The position numbers were made by a program, and so were the translations under genes. From Batkoa obscura (taxonomy: Eukaryota): a stretch of 64,000 bases of DNA. The notes below the pieces were generated by a model, which had not been told where the DNA came from, did no database searches, and saw only the letters and a program-made list of their open reading frames with translations. The stretch covers positions 434,001 through 498,000 of the forward strand of contig JASVEC010000013.1 of the NCBI GenBank assembly GCA_030770535.1, read 5' to 3'. Shown here piece by piece: positions 35,077 to 47,779 of this stretch. Each line of letters begins with the position of its first letter. Position 1 is the stretch's first letter.

Positions 35077-38000
35077 TTTAATTTTAATAGTTAAAAAAAA
35101 TCAAGGTTGTTTATTTTTAAAAATCGCAAATTGAAAAGTATTTATACTTTTTAGCCAAACTAGAAAGTGGTTAATAATAACATTATTTATTTTTTATTAG
35201 TATTTAATATGAATACTTGATTTATTATTTTGTCTCTGCCTCCCCTATTTCTTATTCATAAAAGTTCAACTGAAAGCTCTCGTGTTATTGAGCTGTTTAA
35301 GGAGTAAATAATGCCAATCTATCCCACAATAATTTCTATATTTAGTGCTTAAATCTTTAGAATATAATTTCATATACCAGTTTATTATTGTGATATAAGA
35401 AAAATAAAAAGAAGATTTCTGTTACTTTATTGTATCATTTTTTTATTCAATTATTAGCATCCTTTTTTGTATGGTTTAATTATTTCATTTTACTTTTATA
35501 GTGTTAGCTATTAAATACTTTTTTGTAAAGTTCATTTGAAAACCTCAAATTATATCATCCTACATTAGAAATCAAGATAAATAATAAATGTGATATTAAA
35601 TTATAAAAAATACTTGGAATAAAAGGTACTAATTATATAATAAACGTTATTTAATTTATAATTTAATTATTTGAAATAAATCTCGAATTGAAATTTCTAT
35701 ATAAATTTTGTGGTTTTCTTTTTAAAATTCATTATAAATGAAGGTTAGCTTTAATTAGTAAATGTATTCTATCCATCTCATTCCATTTTTATTAAATTTA
35801 ATATTGTCATTTATCTGTGATAATTTTCTTTCCATACTTTTACTATCCCTTATTCCCTTTGACATTAAGTTTAACTGATTTCGTGATATTTATTATAACT
35901 TTGACCGATTCTTTTGGTAGAAAGCTATTTTTAACAAAGGATCTATATCGAATAAAATTCAATGTGCTCTATTAATTAGAGTCAGATTAAAAGGATAACA
36001 GCCATTACTCTGTAATATGGTGGACCAAAAACTCAATATAGTTTTGTAATCGTTTAATTATCATATTATCAGACAATCGGTTTATATAAAATTTCAAGCT
36101 AAAGCACTCATTTTAATCCTACATCAACATTTACTTTCGAATAATATTTGTATTGTAATTTCTAGTTAATCTATCAACAAGTACATACTTGCCCTGGTAC
36201 AAAACAATCATTAATATAAATTATTTGGCACTCTCTTTACTGTTATTTATAATATAAAGCACCTGCTTGAATTTGGAAAGCTTTTTCTTATATTTACTAA
36301 AACTTAAATTTCATTTACTTGACCAATAATACAGCTATTGCAGCTCTTTTTCAAACTTTCGGTGATAATTTATAGCAAAATTATTTGTCTCGTTAATTCT
36401 TTAATCCCTAATCCATATTTTTTAGCCAAATTTCAGTATAAGTTTTACTCCTAAATAAACAGTTAAAAAACCCGCAAAAGACCTGCAACAGCTGTATCCA
36501 AAGGAGAACTAGTTAAGTAAACAATTTTTCGAGCAACTATGTAGGTAATTACTATAGTTAAAAGTTAAATAGTACAATATTTTTTGCAATATATATATAT
36601 ATTCACTTTACTTATTGACAGATATTTAGTAAAATATGTTAAAAAGGTTTAAGAATACTCAAATACGTACAAAGCCAGGCTTTTTAAGTATACTTTTATT
36701 AAAAGTACCAAAAAATTCAAATGTACACAAAACCATGAAGCTAACAAACAGGGAGCTTAATTTAAAAAATTAAAAAGATCCAAAATTTAAATAGTAATTT
36801 TATATAATAGTTTTATTTTTTGTAGGTTCAGTTTGTGTTCCATTATTATTACTGATGCCGCCCTATACAAGCCATCAGTTAACTTTATTCATATGTAAAA
36901 AACTGGAATAATATATAGATATTTCACCTCTTTTTCAAACTAAATTATAGTAATTTTTACAGTTAAATAATTTGATAGCTAATTTTTGAACGCTTGTACC
37001 ATATATATTAATAAGTTTTTATCATAAACTTTACTTTTAAATATACTATTAAATAGCTTACAAAAGATATAACAGCTGTAAAATACTATCATTAGTTAAA
37101 AACAAAGATTAGGCTTAACAATTTGTGAAAGTCCTTTACTAATTCAAAATATAGAAACAAGTTTTTTTGTTTCGCTTTTACAAATATTTATTTATTTTGA
37201 CTAAACTTATTTGAATTATGTTATTTTTCTTTGAATTCAGGCTTTTATCTTGAACTATTATATAAATGATCTTTAATAAATCTAAGGATAAACTCAATAA
37301 AAATTGTTTAAAAAAAACTATTAACAGTTGTGATTTTTTTAAGTATATTTGTATATGTCGTAAAACATACTTTTTTATAATCATAGTTTTAGTATCAATA
37401 TTTTTTATAAAAGTTAAAACTTCAAAAAATGGCTTCCCTCATTAAAAGGTATTTAGACTTTTTCACAATAGTCAAGACCACCCTTGAATGGTTTAAAATG
37501 TTACTTATGAATACCTTTCTGGTTCTCAAATTTCTATTCTTGATTTCTTTCGATTTTACATAGTTGTTATTGAAATAAATTTATTCCTTCTTTCTCATTT
37601 TTTTATGTAAAACCCCTTACTAACCTTTTTAGATTATACACACTTTAGATAAACAAAATAGCTCGATTTAAAATTCACTATTTAATAGCGTCTATATGAT
37701 AATATTTACTGTTTTAAACATTAGGCTTTTTAACTTGATTGATTATAGATCTGCTACCTACCCTTACTACAATGAATCTATAGTTGATAAACCCTACATT
37801 AGCAAAAATAGAAGTTATCTTTAAGCAGCTAAGCATTGACGTTTAAATGATACAAGAAAATTATATTTGAGTATAGCCGAATTTATTAAAGCAAAAAATC
37901 ATTATGGAAATTTTACAGAACGTAACACTCAAATATTTAAGGTGAAAACAAGTATATTTTGAAACATTATATTTAAATAAAAAGTTTCTGTTTAAAGAAC

Positions 38001-38952
38001 TGGCTAAAGTAAATTTCTAGTTTAATTCTAGATTAAAATAATTTATTCTTAATCTCTATTGACTGCCTTACAAATTTTTTGTATTTTTTTAAAAGTTAAC
38101 GTTCTATTTTGAAGTATACTATTATTTTTACATCTATTGAATTGTTTTTTTGCATTTTATAAACATTCATAATGTAGCTATTATAGCAATATATTATGTG
38201 ATTATTTTAAATAACAGTTTTCCGAGTGTTTTTAAAAGTCATCTTACCCATATCAATAGGCATATTTACAATTCAAACACCATAATTGACAAAAAAGGTA
38301 TAGCTTTTAGTAAGTAGCTCTATTAAATAGCAAAAAGAATAAATTCAAATTCAAAATAACTATCAAATTAAGTTAGTAAAAACTGCTTTAGGTACTTATC
38401 TCTAGAAAAAATAATCAACCTAAAAAGTTAAAAGTACTTTATAATTACATTAAACAAGAGTTAAACATTCTAAAAAGGATGTATTAAAACGAGTTTGTTA
38501 TGTGGTCTAATCTTGAAATTGCTCTTAAGTAAAAGGTCTATTCATCCTATTTCAATATATTCTTTAATTCTTCAGAAAGAATATAGTTTACAGTTTAGAA
38601 CTGCAGTTAACAAAATATATCGTCATAGGCCATTTTTTGGTACGATTTTAGCAAATATAGAGATAGTATCTATTTGGTTTTAGATTAAAGTTTTATTATA
38701 TTTAATATCAGCTCTCAGTATAATGTTTTTATATTAGAGCAGCATTGTAAATAGTAAAATAAGTCTGAAGCGTAAAAATGATACAATAATCTATCCCTTA
38801 GTGATCTACTTAAGCCAATAAAATATGAATAAGGTTGAACCAAGGATTGCAAAAAGCCGAGCCAATTAAAGACTAGATTTGCAGTGTATTGAAATCCATT
38901 TCATTAATGGAGACCAATTGAAATTTTTGCTTTAGTTTTTTTCGAGTTCATC

Positions 38953-41275
38953 ATGGTAGGATTCAATACAGACAGTCTCAAAAAAGTAGTATCAGGGCTT
39001 AAAAAAGGATTTAATATTAATAAAAAATTTGGGTTAGTTAAAACCAACGAGGTGTATGTGTCTATAAAGCTGAATGTTTAATGTCGATAAATTAATATCT
39101 TTTTTAGATTAAAAGATATGGCTTCGGAGTTAAATCATTACTGTAAGTATAGAGAAACTGAAGAGAAAGAAGCAAAATCCGGAAATAAAATTTTAAGAGT
39201 TGATGAAGAAACCAAAACTGAAACTGAAACTATTAAGATAATTGAAGACAAAAAGGATGGATTGAATGAAGAAAATAAAGCTAAAATCGAAGCAAAACTT
39301 GAAAGATTAAAATTAAAATTTTACAGTATAGAAGATGGAACAGAAGAAAGCTGGATTAAGAGTTATAAAGAGATTTTTGAAAAACAATCCCCAACTGGAA
39401 AATTAGTAAGTAGAATAATCGATAAATTTGAAAATGGGAATCATCAAAGTATTGTGTCTGAATTAAAGAAGAGCTATTTTAACAACCCTGTGCTTTATTA
39501 CTATTATATTTTATCTAGGATTGAAGTAAGTTTATTTTGTTATTTTTTAAAGCTTTAAAGTATATATTTTTAGCTCAAAGCTCACAAAATATGGACTGGG
39601 ACAAAAGTTTTGGAAGGTGATTTATAATCTATATTCTAATAATAAATATTAATAAATTATAGCAAACAATGAAAAATTACAAATAGATTATTTTAAAATT
39701 TATCAGGAGGAGTTCAGCGAATTGATGGAACATGAAAATGAAATAATTGATATCTCAAATGATTTGAATGAAGGGAATAGAATAATTAACCATCCCTTTG
39801 TTTTATATTTGTTTGGGATGATAGCAAATAAGCTAAGGAGGCATAAATTAGCATCGAAATTGCTATCGTTGTCCATTCAAAGATATCCTTTAAACTGGGA
39901 CGCCTGGTTAGAGCTTTCTGCTAGTATTAAAAATGAAACTGAGGTAGACTTTTTATATATATTTAAATTTAATCTAACTTTTTTAGTATTACCATTGTCT
40001 ACCAAACTTACCTAATGTTTTTATTAAACATCTATTTATTGCGATCATGGCGAACAATTTAAGTCTATCAAATGAACAAGACAAAGAAAGCTGTCAATTA
40101 TTACACGAAACTATTTATTATAGCGATTGTTATATTATTTATAGGGCATTGGCTCACTATAAAAACTGCGGTATTGTTTAATTTGATTAAAATAATAATA
40201 GTTAAAGGCTTGTTTTTAGATTATGAGTATAGTAAACTTGAGTTTCAGAGGTATTACGAAAAAAATAAGCACTCTTTAGACTATGCTGAAATCTATTCGC
40301 ATATCTTAATTTATACGGATGGTTCAATTGAGTTGCAAAATTTTGCAGCCCGTTGTAGATGGCTTAGAGAGGATAGCTACGAGTCTATGTGCGTTAATGG
40401 GAATTTTCTTTCGTACTCCAACGGTGCTAACAAAGCAACCAAATTATTCAGTGATGCAATTAAAATTTCGCCTGCTTCAACTCAAGCTCTATTCTATTTA
40501 GCCAACCATTACCTTAAACTAAATCTAATATCTAGCGCTACCAAAACATTAGAAACATTGCTCAGTAAGGCTTAGCTATTATTGTTTTCATTCAGTTTTT
40601 TTAAGTTTTTAGTATTAAGCCCCGATGATTATAGGGCTCTGCAAGGGCTTAGTTTAATCTATTTAACCCAAAAAAATTATTTTGCAGCAGAAGCAATGTT
40701 AATTAAACTTGTATCGATCAGGTAAACATCACAGTTTTTTAGCTTTAACAATTTACTTCAATATTCATTTTAGACCTAACAATTTAAATGGATGGACATA
40801 TTTAGCTCAGGTTAGTGAAAGTATTAAAGATTATTCAACTGCTATAAAGAGCTATTTAAAATTAAAGGAACATAACAATAGTAGAGAAGTTAATTTAAAG
40901 TTGGGATCGATTTATCAAAGATATTCCCAAAACATGCGTGATAACTTTTCAAAAATGGCAGCTTGTTATTTTTTTCAAGGTATCGATTTCAACCATATTC
41001 AAGAGTTAAACGAAAACCAAAAATCTGCAGTCTCGCATCTGTTGTATTATTCAATCGCTGTTAAAGATTTTCAAGCTGCAGCAGATTATTGGACTATTTT
41101 AGATAAATGTTCTGATTATTTTAGTCCTAAATTGTTAGCGCTTATAAGATGTTTACCAATAGAATTGGGTGGCGTTTTGGATGAAAAAAATCGAGATTCA
41201 AAAAGGAAAAATGAAGATCTAGAAAATGAAGAGGGTATAGAAAGAGAAAATATGGACACGAAAAGACAAAAATAA
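38953..41275 (+). CDS. Multi-exon TPR protein, diverged APC8/Cdc23-like
   Basis: ATG 38953; intron 39054-39107 joins in frame to the 39118 ORF. LYLFG..SIQRYPLNWDAWLEL, ESMCVNGNF and PDDYRALQGL occur in Cdc23 order; further short GT-AG introns. Confidence 0.65.
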
Positions 41276-41543
41276 CCGATAGAGCTATTTATTCATTATT
41301 TAATTTATTCTTGCCACTAAGGTTATTCTTACTGGAATGGCTTTTCATTTATATTTCTCATGTCGTTATTTATTAGTAAATTTTAAATTCAAACATTTAT
41401 AAAAAAAATTAAATTAATATTAATTATATTTTTATGCCATGTTATTTATACTTTTTGTTTCAAAATGAATATACAATTTCAAGAAACGATTAGGGCTATT
41501 ATAAGTTTGTACAAAAATAAAAATGAAAACAACTTTCGAATAT

Positions 41544-41641
41544 GGGGGTGTTTTTTTGGCTTCATCACTTTTTCCATCTTTTAAGCGCTATTTGAGTGGA
41601 ATAACTATTAGTAAAATTTTTCAACAAAAAAATACATCCTC
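41544..41641 (-). mobile_element. ~100-bp MITE (Sola-like family)
   Basis: GGGGGTGTTTTTTTGGCTTCA...ACATCCTC, TSD ATAT. Confidence 0.9.
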
Positions 41642-41840
41642 ATATAATATTTTTACTAAATCTTGAGCATTTAAAGTAAATATCCCAAACTTTTTTATAT
41701 TGGAGCTTCTTGATAAATTTTATAAAATTAATTGATTATTAAGATAAGCTATAAAAATTCAAACAACAATTCTTTAATTAATATCTAGTTAATTTACAAT
41801 ATATCATAAAGCGACAAACATTTTTAAGTAATTAGTACAT

Positions 41841-41937
41841 GGGGATGTTTTTTTGGCTTCATCACTTTTTCCATTTTTAAGCGCTATTTGAGTGGAAAGA
41901 TTGTTAGTAAAATTCTTAAACAGAAAAATACATCCCC
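41841..41937 (-). mobile_element. ~100-bp MITE (Sola-like family)
   Basis: GGGGATGT...ACATCCCC, flanks ACAT/ATAT. Confidence 0.9.
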
Positions 41938-42098
41938 ATATACTAACGTGTAAAATAAAAATCATTTTGACATTATTTATATTAATATACTAACTATAAT
42001 TTTAAAAACGATAATAGTTTTACACTTTTAATGCTACAAAACTTAATAGATTAATTTTTTCTTTATATTTAATAAAATTTTAGAGTCAGATATATAAC

Positions 42099-42169
42099 GG
42101 ATCCATAGCGTAATAGCTAGTACTCAAAGTTTTGATCCTTGTAATCCGAGTTTGTTTCTCAGTGTTCCT
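42099..42169 (+). pseudogene. tRNA-Gln(TTG) pseudogene
   Basis: Degenerate copy of 50848-50919 with mutated D-loop GG, B-box (GTTTGTTTC) and acceptor stem. Confidence 0.8.
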
Positions 42170-42562
42170 TGGAGTTTAGTGAGCACCAGTTGATTTTTGA
42201 AATTTAGTTTTGTATAAATTTACAGGTAGTATTCCCACTCAATAACGCTTAAAGTGAAAAACCAAAGAAACCAAATTAGACATGCCCAAAAGGTATCAAT
42301 ATTAACAAGTTTTTATACTGATTTACTCTAAGCTGTATTGCTATCGTTTATTTTTTATAACCAATACTATAACTTAATATAGATTATAGTCTTAGCGTAC
42401 TGCTTTTTAAATAAATTATTTGATTTTGTGTTAGTATGTTATTGATCTAGTTTATTTATCAGATATAAATACTAGTATAATTTGTTAAAAAATTCAAAAA
42501 TATTAAATAAAAAAATATACTGTTATTTATTAATAAAAAACGTTAAACCAGTGAACAAAGTT

Positions 42563-45500
42563 CTATTCTTCCTCTTTAGTCAACTGTTGTTGCATAACCA
42601 AAGAATAATAATATCCTTTTAATTCTAGCAATTCTTCACCGATACCCATCTCGGCCATTTTAGCTAACTTCACTACTATAATACAATCATAACCTTGTGC
42701 TGTGGGGAGACGATGAGCAATGTTAATTGTTGCTCTACTCTCTACATGTAATGAGCCAGAGTTTAAGTCATAGAATCTCTGACCTAATCTAATGACAGTA
42801 GATTTTCCAGGACCTGAGGCGCCTACTAAAGCCACCTTCTTTCCGGCTAAAATAGGAAGATCTAAACCTTGAAGGGTAGGAGTATCTGGACGTGTAGGAT
42901 AAGAAAATCTAGCATCCCTTAGTTACAAATTACCCATCAATTTAGTTGGACGAGTACCATAAATCTCAGTAGAATCAATATTTAATTTATGATCTAACAA
43001 TTCAAACAAGTCAGTGGCTGCAACTTTTGGTTTAACAAAGGCAGCCAATTTGAAAGAGGAATGTCTTAAAGCAGTACCAGTAAATAACATAGCAGTGATG
43101 GCTTGGAGCATCTCCTCAATTTGTATTCTCCAGAAACAACTAAAGTAGGACTATACCAGAAAGCTAAAGCACTGATTAAGAAAAGAGAACCCATAGATAA
43201 TGAATAACTAAATGATGCCTTGAATGCACTAGTTGAAGCATATTTATGAGCTACCTTAAAATAAGTAACATAACTATCAAAGAATACATTTCTTTTGTTA
43301 ACCCAGCAATAGTACAAATATTGATAATAGATTCAATAGTAGTTTGAGACACCAACTCGTAGCTCTTTTTAGTTTTAATGTTTACAACGGTAAGTACATG
43401 CATCTGTAATATGATACCCAAAGTAATCACTGGTATGCATACCAAAACAACTAAAATTAATTTCCAACCATTAGCAAAGGCAATCCTTAAATCGACACAT
43501 ATGGTGAAAATTGTCATAAGGATAGGTCCCCCCACTTTAGAAACTAAACCTTGTATCTTTTTCAGCTTCAATAGAAAATTTAGAAGAGAGAACACCAACA
43601 CTGTCAATTGGGCTATCGAAGTAAGCGATCTCTTGATTTAATAAAATCTCGAGCGATTTTAAATGGATACTATAAGTCAATGATTCACCAATATGTCCTA
43701 AAACTCTAATCCTTGGATTCATAGTAAAGAATGTAACAGCACCTAAGACAACAAACATTAAAGTCCAAAAGCTAGAACTACTCACACTAGTATCGTGAAG
43801 TTCAGGTACATTAATGTTAATAGAAGCTTGATATATTCTAGCTATAATAACAAAGTACACGGTCAAGATGGGACCATCAACTAAAGCTCCGAGAAACGGT
43901 AAAATCACTAACGTTTTCTGTAGGGAAGCCATTCTCAATACTCGAAGGATAGAAAATGATTACTTCTTTAATTTTTCTTCTCTTAGTACTTTAATCTCTT
44001 GAATTGTACTTTTACATGCTAACTGTTTAATAATGCCAATGTCTTCAATCCTGTTCAAGTCACTAACTTCACCAGTACCATCAATATCAACAATGATATC
44101 ACTATGCTCATTTTGTATTACTAAAGACTTCTTTTTATCAATAGGCGCTTCGTTTATTTCTTTGTCACCATATTTATCCTTCTTCTCTTCAGTATAGGTC
44201 TTTTGAGATTCTACTAATCCAGCATAGATACCACCTCTGCTTAATAATTCATCATGACTACCTTCTTCTCTGATATGTCCATGATCAAATACTACAATTT
44301 TATCAGCATTTTTGATTGTTGATAAACGATGAGCAATTACAACCGTTGTACGGCTTTTAGCTGCATTATCAATAGCAGTTTGTACTAATTTTTCAGATTC
44401 AGAGTCAAGAGCAGAGGTAGCTTCATCTAATAATAAAATTTTTGGGTTTTTAATCAAAGCACGAGCAATAGCAATACGTTGTTTTTGACCACCAGATAAT
44501 AAGGAACCCTTTTCACCTACTTGGGTATCATAACCTTTAGGTAAGCTCATAATAAAATCATGGATATTGGATAATTTACAGGCATCTTCGATTCTTTTTT
44601 GTAAAGAGCTATCTATATTAACATTGTACTCATGATTAGGTAAACCAAATAAGATATTTTGCTTAATGGTAGTAGCAAATAAAATAGGCTCTTGACCAAC
44701 AATACCAATATGACTTCTTAAAAACTCGATACTGACATCTTTTATATTAATACCATCAATAGTAACTGAACCTCCATTGACATCATAAAAACGTTCAATT
44801 AAACCAACTGTAGTACTTTTACCAGATCCAGAAGGTCCGACCAAAGCTACAGTAGTACCAGAATCGATATTTAAATTAACTCCCTTTAAAACTTCAACCT
44901 CTGGTCTACTTGGGTAAGAAAACCGGGTATCATTGAATTTGATATTACCAGCAAAATCACCTACTTTTTGTTGTAAACTCTTCATTTCCTCAGTGCATGT
45001 AAATGGGTTAATTAAAGATTCTCTCTCAATTACTTGGAATAATTTGGCTGCTGCACCTTGAGCAGTTGCAAGAGCAGTTAAAGAAGGAGCAGCTTGACCA
45101 ATAGACATGGCTCCAATCAACACTGAAAAGAAAACAGCTAATACAGAGTCTGGACCATAGTTTTCTTCATCAATCAATTTAGCACCATACCACATACCAA
45201 GGGCATAAGTAAAGAACAAAATGGTTAAAATGGTACCAATACCTAACCCAGTGATAATGGCTTTCCTAAATCCATCTTTACGTGCTTTAAAGATCTTGGT
45301 TTCATAACGATCAACTTCACGCTTTTGAGACCCAAACGAATGAATAGTTCTAATAGCAGCAAATACTTCTTCAGCAACAGAGCCAGCTTCACCATAAGCT
45401 GATTGACCACCGGCGGATTTTGAAGAGATTAATTTAGCAATAAATGCACCACAACCAGCTAATAAAGGGACAACGGCCAATAAAACTAAAGTTAATTTCC

Positions 45501-46082
45501 AACCTTTGACAAAAGCAATAACAAAACCAGTAACAAAAGTGGATACATATTGTATCATTAAACCGATTTTCTCTGAGATGCCTTCTTGAACTAAATTAAC
45601 ATCACCTGAAATTCTTGAAGAAATATCACCAGAAGAGGAGGAATCAAACCAACCCATTTCTTGGGATAAAATAGCACGATAATAACGATGACGAATTCTA
45701 ACTGCTTGTAATTCACCAGCAGCCATCCATAAACTCATTTGACCATAAGCGACAACTAAAGTATCTATACCAATTCCAACAAATTGTAAACATAACCCAT
45801 TGACATTAGATTCCAATGTTTTAGCTCCTCTTATTGAATCAATTTTAACTTCCGAGGTATAAATTGTAAACACATTTAATACAACAGCAAAGATTGAAGA
45901 TATTGAAGGTTGTGCTACTCCATCTAATATTGAACATATGGTGACTAAGGCGCTTGTAATGATATTTTTAGTGGTAGCGAAGGACCATAATCTCAATATT
46001 GGAACTGGGGCCAATACGTCAACTTTTTCTTCAAATTTTGACTTCTCATTAACTACTATTACTTTAGTTTTATTTTAAACAT
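42563..46082 (-). pseudogene. ABCB1/MDR transporter pseudogene
   Basis: The homologous ATG (46082) is out of frame with the 684-codon TMD1-NBD1 frame (GPSGSGKST, LSGGQKQR). Stop at 43960; TMD2 frameshifted; NBD2 largely deleted with Walker A mutated (GASGPGKST). Confidence 0.85.
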
Positions 46083-47328
46083 TTATATTATAGTGATTTG
46101 TTTGATTCAAATTTAATATAAACTTATATCGAGTTTTTTTAATAATTATAATTTTTAGTTTATTTATATACTATTTCAATATTTTTAATAGAATTAAAGT
46201 TTAGTTACACACTTACATCTCTACCTTGAGTAATTGGTAATGGGTAAATTTTATCAATCAATCAAACTTATTAAATTTATTTTCCTCGCATTATATTAGT
46301 TATCAATATCACTACATCCTACATAAATTGATCTTATTCTTATTAGAAATTCAAAAAATTCGGTTCATTTTTGAACTAATTCAAAATACTATTAAATTTA
46401 AGTTATAAGATAGTTAAAAATCAATGTTTAATTCATACTTTGTATTAGTAATGTATAAGAAAGGATAGTTTAAATGATATTTTAGATAACGTTTGTTTGT
46501 AAACAATAATGACAGGCTTTATTATATGGAAAGAGATAGCTAGATAGAAGTATCACTGAAGGCTAAAGCTAAAGCTCAATCGGATATTCAATCAATTGCA
46601 TAAAATGCTAGCTTAAAAAAAATAGTCATTAAGTTTTAAAGTATAAAAATAACGTTATCAGTTTATTTTTTGAATTTTATCAGAAAAAATTAAAAATTAA
46701 ATCACACATTGTTTGAAATTCTTAAATATTAATTTAATCAATTTTAAGTTTATCCAAATGGTTGTATGATTTAACAACTTTTTTATTAGTAAAAAATGAT
46801 AGAACACATCTAATAATCCACTCTATCTTCTAATATTAGTTAATTTTTATTATCAATTTAACATATTAACTTTATCTCCTACTTCATTTGACCTTTCACA
46901 TCAACTCTTCATCAATAAAACAAGTAATGTTCCTTATCAACTCACGCCTCAACTCTATTACTCTTAATAAATGTTAATTATTTTATCCAAATAAGTTGAA
47001 AATTATAAATTACTACAAAGATACAACCATAGATAACAATTCAATTGTATACAACTGCTACAACTCTATTGCGAGTTAATTTGCGGTAATTTTTAGAGCC
47101 TTTTATTTGTTTGTTTCGCTTTTTTGATGCTTAATTTTTTTAAATATGGGGGTGTCCGAATTGGTTTCAGAATTTAACTAGAAATTAATCCAAATTTTAA
47201 GTTTTTAAATTTGTAAGTCTTTAATGTATCATCAGCTAAATTTAAAAAGCTTAAAACTAAATATAAAAATTTAACTTAAAGACTTATTTTATTTATTTTA
47301 TTTTATTTTATTTTTTTGATTATATGTT

Positions 47329-47688
47329 TGTGAAAGTTAGTACTCAGTAATTGGAGTTAGAGGCAGTTCTAGCTTAGTTAACTGGCCGTAAGTCAAAAGG
47401 CCTTAGTTTATGTAGCTAAGATAGACTTAAATCAATAGGAGTAATACGCAATAAGCTACGAGCTATGTAAAATAAATAGAATACAGGATATTACTATAAA
47501 ATCTACATAAGATATTATCAGAAAGATTTAGTGGCTTTATTAAAAGTAAAATATTAGGGAACAATTTAATTAAAAAGCCTTGAGCTATTATGTTGAAGAA
47601 TCTATTTTATACTCAACTAGTTTTGTAAACAAGTTAAGTGATTATTATGCGATAATCAATCACAGAGCTGATGAAACGATATTTCACA
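47329..47688 (+). mobile_element. Solo LTR inside the Sola-like element
   Basis: TGTGAAAG...ATTTCACA, homologous to 2785-3250, flanks ATGTT/GTGTT. Confidence 0.8.
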
Positions 47689-47779
47689 GTGTTTTGTATT
47701 TTTTATTAAATATTCAATAGCTATATAATATATAATTATATAGTTATTTGACTTTATTTTTTGTTAAAATAAAAACAAA

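Noticed and set aside
43960..46014. Functional ABC half-transporter
   Set aside because: Starts at TTG, the homologous ATG is out of frame, and a decayed second half follows; better explained as a pseudogene with a converted tract.
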